IMG/VR virus record: IMGVR_UViG_3300037336_000025
Location: 96,001-160,000 of that record
Reading direction: 5' to 3' (one strand)
Length of the DNA stretch: 64,000 bases
Origin: a virus
Positions 20,596-30,032 of the stretch are shown here, in pieces. A model generated the notes under the pieces. That model did no database searches and had not been told where the DNA came from. It saw only the letters and a program-made list of their open reading frames with translations. Every line of letters begins with the position of its first letter. Position 1 is the stretch's first letter. The translations under genes and the position numbers were made by a program.

Positions 20596-22407
20596 ATGCA
20601 AAAAACAGGTTATATCGCAGGTATTGCTCGAGGACATAATGCAGGAGTTTGTCTTTTAAAAGATGGAGAAATTGTATTTGCTATCGAAGAAGAAAGATTA
20701 ACTCGACAGAAGTATGACGGCGGCCCGTTTGCTAGCATTTTAAAAATACTTGACTATACTGATAAAATTGATTATTTGGTAATTTCACACACTGATGAAT
20801 GTAATGCAAGAGTTGATTACACTGGTGAAAATATTTATTCTTCTCTAGCAAGAAAAGTTGGGCTGATTGATGATGTTAGTACACAAGTAGCTGAGTACCA
20901 TGATCAACATCATAGAAATCATGCTGCATGTGCATTTTATAGATCTGGGTTTGATAAAGCAAGTGCTATTATTGTAGATGGTGCTGGCACTTTTATTAAA
21001 CGTCACGATGGCGACACAATGTGGGAAGTAGAAAGTATATATGACGTATCATATCCTTCAGTGTTTACAGAAGTGTATAAACACTGTGCTGGAAACGGAC
21101 CGTGGGCAACTGAGATTCACCATAACGGATGTGAAGTTGTAATTAGTGATAGAGCAGGCATTGTTAAAGCATACGAAGCCGTTACTAGATTTTGCGGGTG
21201 GCATTCAATCGAAGCAGGTAAAACTATGGGACTATTCCCATACGGTGAACCAAATAAAGCACCAAAGATTTATGAAAAAATTGGTGCAAATAAGAATTTA
21301 ATCGTACCAACCTATCCCAATGGAGCATTGGTCAATGAAGAACTATACGACGAGCTAGATGATAGGCTACATAATCCAACAGTAATTCATAGAGCAGTAA
21401 CAGACCCTACTGATCAACAACAGAGGCAGCGTTACGAACAACAAATGCTTGAAGCTAATGCAGAAGATGTAACGCTATTGTCCTCTAGAAGAAATATGGC
21501 GTACAATGTTCAAACTGAATCTCAGCAATTGGTGCTAGACTTAATTCTAAAATCAATTGAACGTACTGGCAATAAAAATATTGTTATTAGCGGAGGATAT
21601 GCTTTAAATTGCGTAGCTAACTATTTCTATCTACAGCACTTACCAAAAGGCGTAAAGATATATGTTGAGCCAATATCAAGCGATGCTGGCACCGCAATGG
21701 GTGCAGCACTTTATCATTACTATAAAGTTACACAAGATAGGAAAATTAGAGATAAAGACGAAGGACTATATCTTGGGCCAGTGCAGCGCATTACTGAAGA
21801 TGCAGTGATAGAGACTGCAAGCAAATACGGCGGAAGCGTAACACTAGATGTTGATTACAAAGACATTATTAATACTATCCGATCAAAGAACATTGTAGCA
21901 TTATTTCAAGAAAGATGTGAAAACGGACCGCGTGCATTAGGCAATCGATCACTGATGTTTGATCCAACATTTACAGATGGTAAAGATTTTGTTAATTTAA
22001 TTAAGAAGCGAGAATACTTTAGACCATTTGCTGCATCTGTACTACAGGACGATGTGCATGATTGGTTCGATCTAAGAGGCATGGAAGATTCTCCTTCGAT
22101 GATGTATGCTGTTAATTGTCAGCCGGGAATAGAAGAAAAGATTCCAGCAGTTATACACATCGATGGTACATGTAGAATTCAAACTGTAACTGAAGAGCAA
22201 AACTTTCATTGGTATAATTTAATTAAAGAATTTAAAAATCAAACAGGAGTTCCTGCATTGTTTAATACTAGTTTTAATTTAGGCGGTGAGCCATTAGTTG
22301 AAACTATTGACGATGCTATGCGTACTCTGTATAATTCCGGAATTAATTACATCTATTTCCCGGCAGTTAGAATGCTGGTAGAGATTGAGCATAATGCTAG
22401 AGCATGA
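20596..22407 (+). CDS. Carbamoyltransferase (NodU/CmcH/TobZ family)
   Basis: GHNAGVCL, EEERLTRQK, HHRNHAACAF, VDGAG, GKTMGL, SGGYALNCVAN, SDAGTAMGAA, GPRALGNRS, KKREYFRPFA, HIDGTCRIQ, NTSFN. Start moved to 20596 because of the AAGGA Shine-Dalgarno. Confidence 0.93.
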   Translation: MQKTGYIAGIARGHNAGVCLLKDGEIVFAIEEERLTRQKYDGGPFASILKILDYTDKIDYLVISHTDECNARVDYTGENIYSSLARKVGLIDDVSTQVAEYHDQHHRNHAACAFYRSGFDKASAIIVDGAGTFIKRHDGDTMWEVESIYDVSYPSVFTEVYKHCAGNGPWATEIHHNGCEVVISDRAGIVKAYEAVTRFCGWHSIEAGKTMGLFPYGEPNKAPKIYEKIGANKNLIVPTYPNGALVNEELYDELDDRLHNPTVIHRAVTDPTDQQQRQRYEQQMLEANAEDVTLLSSRRNMAYNVQTESQQLVLDLILKSIERTGNKNIVISGGYALNCVANYFYLQHLPKGVKIYVEPISSDAGTAMGAALYHYYKVTQDRKIRDKDEGLYLGPVQRITEDAVIETASKYGGSVTLDVDYKDIINTIRSKNIVALFQERCENGPRALGNRSLMFDPTFTDGKDFVNLIKKREYFRPFAASVLQDDVHDWFDLRGMEDSPSMMYAVNCQPGIEEKIPAVIHIDGTCRIQTVTEEQNFHWYNLIKEFKNQTGVPALFNTSFNLGGEPLVETIDDAMRTLYNSGINYIYFPAVRMLVEIEHNARA

Positions 22408-22994
22408 TTAAAAAAATAAATGAATGCGACATATTTGCAATCAATCCTAATTTTAAAGTATGTGTACATCAATTAGGCGATTCCAAATGCGTTATTGTTG
22501 ATGACTTTTATGTTAATCCTGAAAAGATTAGAGAATTGACCCTTTCTATTCCTGCATCAAAAAGCATGATTAGAAATACTTACCCAGGATTATCAATCAG
22601 TCTTGGAATTAATCTAACAGGGTTAGCAGAAACATTTGTTAAATTAATCAATGAGAATTTTAATGATGGTCCTCGAAAGACTAGTAACGATATACGTGAA
22701 GCGTTTAATTTCATGCCATTTTTAGTAAATGTAATGCAAGGACAAGACCAGCCAACGCCTCATCGAGATAGTGCAAATCCTGGAAGATTTGCAGCATCGA
22801 TATATTTAAATTACAACAACGAATCACGCGGCGGCACTGCGTTCTATTCTGAAAACGGGCAGGAACTAGGTTATGCAGAAATGATGTTTAATAGATTAGT
22901 ATTATATAGACAGACTGATGTACATACAGCAGTAATGCAACCTGATTGGTTTGTTGGCGATTCTTATAGAATTAATCAAATGATGTTTATTTAA
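22404..22994 (+). CDS. 2OG-Fe(II) oxygenase-like protein
   Basis: PHRD...IYLN...GGTAFY...FNRLVLY...H...RINQ double-stranded beta-helix pattern. Confidence 0.65.
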   Translation: MIKKINECDIFAINPNFKVCVHQLGDSKCVIVDDFYVNPEKIRELTLSIPASKSMIRNTYPGLSISLGINLTGLAETFVKLINENFNDGPRKTSNDIREAFNFMPFLVNVMQGQDQPTPHRDSANPGRFAASIYLNYNNESRGGTAFYSENGQELGYAEMMFNRLVLYRQTDVHTAVMQPDWFVGDSYRINQMMFI

Positions 22995-23008
22995 ATACGG
23001 AATAAAAT

Positions 23009-23638
23009 ATGAACAACGAAAATGAAGCTAAAATTTATTCGTTATTTCCTACGCCTTTTTATACCTATAAAACAGAAAATAGGGAATATGCTGAGATACA
23101 AACCGAATTGCAAACTGTAGTTGATAAACTTTATTTAGAAGATCAATGGGGGCAAAATCCACATTGGAATTCTAACACCAATTGTCTGTCTAATAAAGGT
23201 AATTTTGGAGAGTCTATTTTACGAGTCGAAGAAATGAGGGCAGTTACGTCATGTATTATGCATAATTGTCTCAATTATATGAGAATGATGAATGTTAAAC
23301 CTCTTTATAAGCCTGCAATTGAATCCTCATGGCTAACACTAACCAAACCCGGTCAGTATGTTCATCTTCATGATCACGGGACCAGTCATATTAGCGGAGT
23401 ATATTGGTTCAAGACAAATGGTCAAGATGGTGATATAGTTTTTAGAAATGCGCTTAAAGCATTAAAATGTAATCCAATCGGAAGTTCATATGCTCATGAA
23501 AACGCATTCTCTCCGGATCAAGGCAGAATAAGTATGTGGCCATGCTATTTAGATCATAGCGTTGATGAAAATAAAACTAATGAAGATCGTATTAGTTTAT
23601 CTTTCAATATTTTATTAGAAACCGGAGCAACTAATTAA
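23009..23638 (+). CDS. Putative 2OG-Fe(II) oxygenase (TIGR02466-like)
   Basis: LFPTP; SW...HLHDHG..ISGVYW...GDIVF...GRISMWPCYLDHSV..N.TNEDRISLSFN. Confidence 0.8.
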   Translation: MNNENEAKIYSLFPTPFYTYKTENREYAEIQTELQTVVDKLYLEDQWGQNPHWNSNTNCLSNKGNFGESILRVEEMRAVTSCIMHNCLNYMRMMNVKPLYKPAIESSWLTLTKPGQYVHLHDHGTSHISGVYWFKTNGQDGDIVFRNALKALKCNPIGSSYAHENAFSPDQGRISMWPCYLDHSVDENKTNEDRISLSFNILLETGATN

Positions 23639-24363
23639 TGTTATATATTTTCGGCGACAGTTTTAGTTTACCCAATGCTCATAAGGATGAAGTTATTGGG
23701 ATTAACGGCCCGGTAACGTTCATGCCTTTAGAAAAGAATTGGACCGATATTGTTTTTGAAAGTTTTACTGGAGATAGCGATTATATAAATGACGCTGTAG
23801 CTGGCTGTGCCAATGAGTATATTTTCCATACCCTAAGAAGTCGTGAACCGTCATTTAAAAGTGGTGACTATGTTATAATACAACTTACTTCTTATTACAG
23901 AGAATGGTTCTTTGAAGATAACCCAGACATGGGAAACTTCCTAAATGCAAAATTTGTGCCCGGAATTCATGTTACAAAAGAACAAGCCGAAGCATTAGAA
24001 ATGTATAAAAAATATTTATATTCCGATCACCGCCTTTTAATACACTATGATGCAATTCTTGATGCGATAACTTTTAGAACTAAACTATATGCACAGCAAG
24101 GTGTTCGATGTTTGATTCTACCAGGGTTTCACTCCGTTACAGGAGTAGAAGGCACTATGTTTAACACTTCAAGCTCTGAGTTTGACTACGATGAAACGGC
24201 TGCGATATATCGTGCAGCAACTGGCGACCTGCGTTTTAATCACTTTTCAGAAGTTAATCATAAAATTTTAGCAGACAAAGTAATTGACTTCTTTAACACT
24301 GGTAATACTGTAGATCTCACAAGTAATTTTAAAACTGGCTTGTACACCAAAGACAATATCTAA
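23638..24363 (+). CDS. SGNH/GDSL-like protein
   Basis: N-terminal LYIFGDSFS; AVAGCAN; late NHFSEVNHKILA (histidine block). Confidence 0.55.
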   Translation: MLYIFGDSFSLPNAHKDEVIGINGPVTFMPLEKNWTDIVFESFTGDSDYINDAVAGCANEYIFHTLRSREPSFKSGDYVIIQLTSYYREWFFEDNPDMGNFLNAKFVPGIHVTKEQAEALEMYKKYLYSDHRLLIHYDAILDAITFRTKLYAQQGVRCLILPGFHSVTGVEGTMFNTSSSEFDYDETAAIYRAATGDLRFNHFSEVNHKILADKVIDFFNTGNTVDLTSNFKTGLYTKDNI

Positions 24364-24974
24364 TGAAAATACAACTTGAAGGATACCCAATAAGCATTTC
24401 TCGATTGAATCCTGTAGATCTAAAAACGCTACAAGATCATTATCTTCCATTAATACTAAATGGAGAAGAAGATGAATACAAAGGCGATGAAAGTAGAATT
24501 TCTAAAAATGCATCTCAACGCTGGTGCGATGCTGAATTCTTTAAAAAATGGAATGATACAGTACTACCTGGACCTTACATTCAGTCCTACATAGATTCTT
24601 TTATGTTTCAATTTCCGTATAAAGTTGAAATAGATACATGGTATAATGTTCATAATCAATACGATCACCAACAATTGCATAATCATATAACAACTAATGT
24701 ACCAGCATTTTCATGTATAGCGATATTAAAACAACCTAATTTGAATTCGGGCCAGCTTGTTTTTAGGACTCCTAATCTATCGAATCATTTGAAATATTTA
24801 GAATTGGATCCACTAGATCAATATCCGAATGTATATAAGCCACCAATGGAAGAGGGAATATTAATAATATTTCCATCATGCCTCGAACATTATGTATTCT
24901 ATAATCAAACAACTGAATCGAGAGTTGTGTTTGCATCAAACATAGTAATAACAAGACAAGGTAACTTATATTAG
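24363..24974 (+). CDS. Putative 2OG-Fe(II) oxygenase (TIGR02466-like)
   Basis: WYNVH...HQQLHNH...FSCI...GQLVF...EGILIIFPSCLEHYV...SRVVFASN. Confidence 0.75.
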   Translation: MKIQLEGYPISISRLNPVDLKTLQDHYLPLILNGEEDEYKGDESRISKNASQRWCDAEFFKKWNDTVLPGPYIQSYIDSFMFQFPYKVEIDTWYNVHNQYDHQQLHNHITTNVPAFSCIAILKQPNLNSGQLVFRTPNLSNHLKYLELDPLDQYPNVYKPPMEEGILIIFPSCLEHYVFYNQTTESRVVFASNIVITRQGNLY

Positions 24975-24991
24975 TAGATCAAATAAGCATA

Positions 24992-25264
24992 TTATTTTTT
25001 TAAAGTTTTCAACTCTTTACAAAGAACATCAAGTTTTTTCCGTAACTGAGTAATCCCCAATCTAGAGTCTCCTAGCGCCATAGGAATTTGATTACCGGAA
25101 AACATTTCTTGATGTTGATTATCAAGTTTTCTCACTTCGTTAACTAAACTTTTAAGTAATATCTCTGCTTGTGCTCGAATATCACTATTAGCTATAGCAT
25201 CAATACTAGCTTGATACATTTTATATTCTTCTTGAAATCTTTCAGATTTAAGTATTTCTAACAT
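24992..25264 (-). CDS. Hypothetical helical protein
   Basis: 90-aa ORF overlapping the end of the upstream minus-strand gene. Confidence 0.55.
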   Translation of the reverse strand: MLEILKSERFQEEYKMYQASIDAIANSDIRAQAEILLKSLVNEVRKLDNQHQEMFSGNQIPMALGDSRLGITQLRKKLDVLCKELKTLKK

Positions 25265-25635
25265 TTTTCTAACTCCAATATAGTTTCAATTTTAGTTCTT
25301 ATAACTGAATTATTTAATGTAATTTTTAATCCAGTATGTAATTGCTTAGGCAAATATTCTAGGTTACTCCAAGCAATAGTTGAGGCAGCAGTTGTTAAAA
25401 ATTCTTCATCAACGAGACAAACATACGTACCATATTCAAATCCCCGGTCTTCTGATAGGTACAATTCAATAGGCAAAATACGTCCTTCAGAATACCTGTC
25501 TAATAATACATCAGCATCTTCTAGGAGCGATCGGCTACGAGGGAAGGTAGGAACTGTCCATTTAGATTCTTCTAATATAAGAAGTACCCTACCTGTTGTT
25601 TTTGCTAAGAATAGTAATCCGGCACGCTGTTGCAT
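25258..25635 (-). CDS. NUDIX-fold-like protein lacking a canonical Nudix box
   Basis: AGLLFLAKTTGRVLL N-terminal strands and YVCLVDEEF...AW...LPKQLHTGL C-terminus; no GX5EX7REUXEE motif. TAAGTA lies 5 nt before the ATG. Confidence 0.45.
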   Translation of the reverse strand: MQQRAGLLFLAKTTGRVLLILEESKWTVPTFPRSRSLLEDADVLLDRYSEGRILPIELYLSEDRGFEYGTYVCLVDEEFLTTAASTIAWSNLEYLPKQLHTGLKITLNNSVIRTKIETILELEKC

Positions 25636-25749
25636 ACCAATACTTATCGTTAGCAGTTAACTACCCTATAGTATAATGGTAACTACCCCAGTATTGGCAC
25701 ACAATTCTATGTTGTATTATGAATAAATATATTGATACGGGAATTATAC

Positions 25750-28041
25750 ATGTCAAACAAAGCACCTATACTAAACAGCGTAAGAATTATTCCTAGAGAA
25801 TCTGACTTTCTAGACAGGAAAGTTGGGAGCAGGGGAGAAATTTTTTACGATAGAGATTCAAATACACTTAGATTATTTGATGGTGATCTGTCAGGCGGAA
25901 TTTCGCTTGCTAAGGCTGATCTTTCTAATATAGATAATATAGGATTTAGAAAAAAATCTGTAGAATCTAGAGTGTCAACTGTTGTTTATACAGTAACTGT
26001 TACTGGACCACAGGAGGCCGACTCGGGAAACAAATACAATCTTAACAATATTTATCGTGCAAGTCCAACTCTTGTAGTAGGATACACTTATGTATTTGAT
26101 CAAGGCGATGCTACTAATGTATACTTTCCAAATGCTACCAACTCTACTCCTAATCCTCATCCTTTGAATTTTTCCGATGACAATTTAAGTGGATCGTTGG
26201 GCGGCGGCACACGTTATTTGTCCAACGTAAGATATTTTCTTAATGGGCTTACTGTAACTGAGACTGTATATAATAGTTCAGCGTTCAACTCAGCCACCTC
26301 TAGACAAGTTTGGATAACAATAACCAACTCAACACCAGCGACTCTTTACTATTGGTGTTCTAACCATTTAGTTATGGGAAATGCCATATCAGTAGCAGAT
26401 CCAGGATCAGGTGGAATTGCTAATATAACCCCAGGTAGTGGCATTTCTGTAGCAGTAGTTGATAATGTAACTACTGTGACTAATACAGGTGTATTAGATA
26501 TTCAAGCTGCCGCAGGGATTGCAGTTTCTGAAACCGCAGGTGCATTTACGGTATCTAATACAGGAGTGTTAAGCATTACTGCAGGTACCGGAATCACACT
26601 AACTACTAATCAAGGAGTAGTTACTATAAATTCTTCTGCTGCCGCAGGCGACTTAATTTTCTCTACTAACACTATAGATTTGTCAACAGGCAGCAGTATA
26701 TCCTTTTTAACCGATGTAAGTTTTTCAGCAGATGTGGAAATAGGCAGCGAAATCGTATTTGGGGACGGTAGTAGACAAAGCACAGCAACGTTAGTAGGGC
26801 CGCAAGGCGATGAAGGCCCTCCTGGTCCTACAGGTAGCGGCGCAGGCGATGTTAGCTCAGTAAATGGCGGCTATGCAGATAACAACCTTGTCCGGTACAA
26901 CGGTGTATCCGGTACATCTATACAAACTAGTTTGGCTTCTATCAGCGATACTGGAATATTATCAGCAACATCATTCAGCGGTATAGGAACAAGTCTAACG
27001 GCATTAAATGCTAGCAACTTAGCAAGTGGTACAGTTCCTAATGCTAGATTTCCTGCTACGCTGCCTGTTGCCAGCGGAGTAAACTTAACAGCATTAAATG
27101 CTAGCAACTTAGCAAGTGGTACTATGCCAGATGCTAGATTCCCTGCTACGCTTCCAGTAGTAAGCGGAATAAACTTAACAGCATTAAATGCTAGTAACTT
27201 AGCAAGTGGTACTGTGCCAGTTTTGAGGTTAGGCACTGCTGGAACTAGAGATACTACCACGTTCTTGAGAGGCGATAATACTTGGACAACCGTAGCTGGC
27301 GGTGGCGCACAATCAGATAGTTTTGCAACAATAGCAGTAGCAGGACAGACTAGTGTTGCAGCAGATTCAGCTACTGATACGTTAACACTAGTCGCTGGCA
27401 CCGGTATCAGTATAACTACAGATGCAGGCACAGACACTGTGACTATTACTAACAGTTCTAGCTCTGCTAATGCTTTTGCAACTATTGCAGTTACCGGACA
27501 AAATGATGTAGTAGCAGATAGTGCTACTGATACGTTAACGATCTCCGCTGGTACAGGTATTAGCATAACTACAAATGAGAGTACAGACACAGTAACTATT
27601 ACAAGTACAGTAGCCTCTGGAGCCACTGCATTTACAGGATTAAGCGATTCGGCCGGCGCAACTATAGATCAAATCTACTTACCAGCAATGACAATGTTGT
27701 TAGTAACAAATAACGGAGCATCGGCATATAGATTTGATCAATACGGATCTACTGATAACCCAACAGTATATGCAATTACAGGAATGACTATTGCTTTTAA
27801 TTTAAATGTAAGCGGCCATCCTTTCCTAATACAAACACCAAGCGGTATAAATTATAATACTGGATTAATTCATGTATCAACTGGTGGTACAGTATCAACT
27901 GGAACTAATGCACAAGGTAAGGTTTCTGGAACATTATATTGGAAAGTACCATCGGACATATCAGGTGGATACCGATATCAGTGTAGCGTACACGGCTCAA
28001 TGGTAGGGCTGATTACTGTTAAAACTATCTCTACTCTTTAA
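25750..28041 (+). CDS. Repeat-containing fibre-like virion protein
   Basis: Collagen-like GPQGDEGPPGP; NTGVLxIxAxxGI repeats; 30-aa and 51-aa internal repeats; related YWCSNHLVMG and YQCSVHGSM motifs. Start placed at ATG 25750 after TAAATA 25724. Confidence 0.65.
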   Translation: MSNKAPILNSVRIIPRESDFLDRKVGSRGEIFYDRDSNTLRLFDGDLSGGISLAKADLSNIDNIGFRKKSVESRVSTVVYTVTVTGPQEADSGNKYNLNNIYRASPTLVVGYTYVFDQGDATNVYFPNATNSTPNPHPLNFSDDNLSGSLGGGTRYLSNVRYFLNGLTVTETVYNSSAFNSATSRQVWITITNSTPATLYYWCSNHLVMGNAISVADPGSGGIANITPGSGISVAVVDNVTTVTNTGVLDIQAAAGIAVSETAGAFTVSNTGVLSITAGTGITLTTNQGVVTINSSAAAGDLIFSTNTIDLSTGSSISFLTDVSFSADVEIGSEIVFGDGSRQSTATLVGPQGDEGPPGPTGSGAGDVSSVNGGYADNNLVRYNGVSGTSIQTSLASISDTGILSATSFSGIGTSLTALNASNLASGTVPNARFPATLPVASGVNLTALNASNLASGTMPDARFPATLPVVSGINLTALNASNLASGTVPVLRLGTAGTRDTTTFLRGDNTWTTVAGGGAQSDSFATIAVAGQTSVAADSATDTLTLVAGTGISITTDAGTDTVTITNSSSSANAFATIAVTGQNDVVADSATDTLTISAGTGISITTNESTDTVTITSTVASGATAFTGLSDSAGATIDQIYLPAMTMLLVTNNGASAYRFDQYGSTDNPTVYAITGMTIAFNLNVSGHPFLIQTPSGINYNTGLIHVSTGGTVSTGTNAQGKVSGTLYWKVPSDISGGYRYQCSVHGSMVGLITVKTISTL
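26995..27219 (+). repeat. Coding tandem repeat, 90-bp unit, 2.5 copies
   Basis: LTALNASNLASGT units start at 26995, 27085 and 27175. Confidence 0.9.
27322..27603 (+). repeat. Coding repeat, 153-bp period, 2 copies
   Basis: FATIAVxGQxxVxADSATDTLTxxAGTGISITT starts at 27322 and 27475. Confidence 0.85.
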
Positions 28042-28053
28042 ACTTTAGAATTA

Positions 28054-29481
28054 TTACCCGTTAACTATTCCCCAGTATCCTGGAGCGTACTCGCCTTCAA
28101 ATGCTTTCATCCATTGAGTACCGTCCCAGCGATATTGGATACCTGTACGATAGTTTTGAATATAAGTTGGAACAGTAGCAGTAGCAGGATCCCAAACTTC
28201 AACCCAGTTAGTGCCGTTCCATTCAATAATACTGTTGGCTTTGATAACTGGGTCACTAAGGTCGAGATTCTTCCAGCCATCGGGTCCATCTGCATTTGCA
28301 CTATTAGGATTGACATCGTCTAACATTAGATATCTAATCTCAGGTATATTTGCCTGTCCGTTAAATGTAGTAACAGGATTGAATCTATAAGGATCAATGA
28401 TTGCATCTACATAAGTTTTGCCTGCAATAACAGTATTAGAAATTTGGTTAGGATCGTCTGCAAACGACACAGTTAGAATAGTTGGATCAGTAGGGTTAAT
28501 ATCAAATGTGCCTACCATGTCAAAGCCGCTAGCCTGCTTAAAGAAAATATGGTCTCCAGCTTTAAACCCACCGGTAGCTGATAACAAACTATTCCAATCA
28601 ACTGGTTCACCTAACTTGAATGCTTTTTGATCTAACCCTTGTGCAATAACAGCAGCACCTGGATTGACTAGTGTAAGATCGTAAATATTATCACTGATAT
28701 TACCAGTATTAGATTTAAACAATAGTACACGAAAGCGCAACGGATTAGTCTGGAAAGATCCCTTATCCCGATTAAATGCTAAATCTTCAAGATTAACAAT
28801 ATCACCGGCTTCTGTGAACACATTAGCAATAACTGATCTAACCACGCCTAACTTCTTGACCTTGGCTGGCGGAGATAACCATATAGGCATATCAAACTCA
28901 ACAGAACAAATGTCAATGTCACTGTCAGTGCCTTGTGGTATTGTTCTAGAACTAAAATTAGTTGTCTTTATATTTAGAACGCTTAAACTAGTCCAATCAA
29001 TATAGTTGTCCGTTGTTTGTAACTCAAGACTAGGATTAAACAATACCATAATCTGTTCAAATAATTGTAACTTTTGATCAGTGTTACTGGTCCAGATGTC
29101 TGCTTTCATAGACAGTGTGAACGGAGTAGGCATTAGCCGTTCGACGGTATAGTTGCCGCCTTGTGCATTTTGATAATCAATTGTACCGTCGATATCGTCA
29201 TATCTACGTTCTCTAATATTAACCTTACTAACAAACGTAGCATCACTCATCCGACTCATATCCATGTCAACGCCACTGATATAACAGGCAATGCGAGGAA
29301 CGGTAGACATTTTGTTTTCGCTGTTATCTTTAATAATACTAGCAACTTGCCTGGTCATATCTCCGTACAGCACCGGAACACTTAATTGATTGCCTTCTCC
29401 GTCTTGATACTTAAATCCTATAAACACACGCATGAATTGCGTTACATATCGTCTTATTTGTCCGTCATAAAAATAGTCGAT
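28054..29481 (-). CDS. gp15: Tail terminator (T4 gp15-like) with C-terminal extension; start codon uncertain (ATC at 29481 or ATG at 29433)
   Basis: In-frame DYFYDGQIRRYVTQFMRVF resembles the T4 gp15 N-terminus (YFY..S.RRY); VPVLYGD and VPRIA motifs follow. Confidence 0.7.
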   Translation of the reverse strand: MDYFYDGQIRRYVTQFMRVFIGFKYQDGEGNQLSVPVLYGDMTRQVASIIKDNSENKMSTVPRIACYISGVDMDMSRMSDATFVSKVNIRERRYDDIDGTIDYQNAQGGNYTVERLMPTPFTLSMKADIWTSNTDQKLQLFEQIMVLFNPSLELQTTDNYIDWTSLSVLNIKTTNFSSRTIPQGTDSDIDICSVEFDMPIWLSPPAKVKKLGVVRSVIANVFTEAGDIVNLEDLAFNRDKGSFQTNPLRFRVLLFKSNTGNISDNIYDLTLVNPGAAVIAQGLDQKAFKLGEPVDWNSLLSATGGFKAGDHIFFKQASGFDMVGTFDINPTDPTILTVSFADDPNQISNTVIAGKTYVDAIIDPYRFNPVTTFNGQANIPEIRYLMLDDVNPNSANADGPDGWKNLDLSDPVIKANSIIEWNGTNWVEVWDPATATVPTYIQNYRTGIQYRWDGTQWMKAFEGEYAPGYWGIVNG

Positions 29482-29483
29482 GA

Positions 29484-30032
29484 TTATACAGTAGCGTTAG
29501 CCACAGCCTCCTTAGTTAACCACACTCTTTTACCATCTATAACTTTCCAAGTTTTTCCAGTATAGTGCTGTGCTTTTAAATGTGCTTCTCGTTTTTTTTG
29601 TTTATTTTCTTCGGAACAGATTTTTCCTTTCATAGGCCCGCCATCTTTCCTTTTCCATCCGCTATCTCTTCCTTCTAATCTTCTCTGTAAATGAGCAGCT
29701 TTTTGAGCATCACTCATCCGTTGTTTACTCTCTTCAGAATGTAGCTTGTTGCCGCCTGCTTGTCGAATATTAAACCCATTGTTAATAGAATCGTATTGAT
29801 TCACATATTTTTCCTCTAACAAGTTTAATTCTTCCAACGATTTCGCTTCTGCAATAACTTCAAATATAAATGATTCTGATCCGTATTTTTTTAAAGCATT
29901 GTGAAAGTGATATGTTCTTGGAGTATTCCTACTATCGGCAATATGTTCAAGCCGACGCCGATTTGGATTTTGTATAGTTTGCCCTATATACGCTCTTCCG
30001 CTTTCGGTATGTATAAATTTATAGATATACAT
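29484..30032 (-). mobile_element. Free-standing GIY-YIG homing endonuclease with NUMOD3-like motifs
   Basis: MYIYKF...AYIGQT...RRLEH...FHNALKKYG..F.FEVI...E...NGFN; HSEESKQRMS and CSEENKQK. Sits between the gp14-like and gp15-like genes. Confidence 0.88.
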
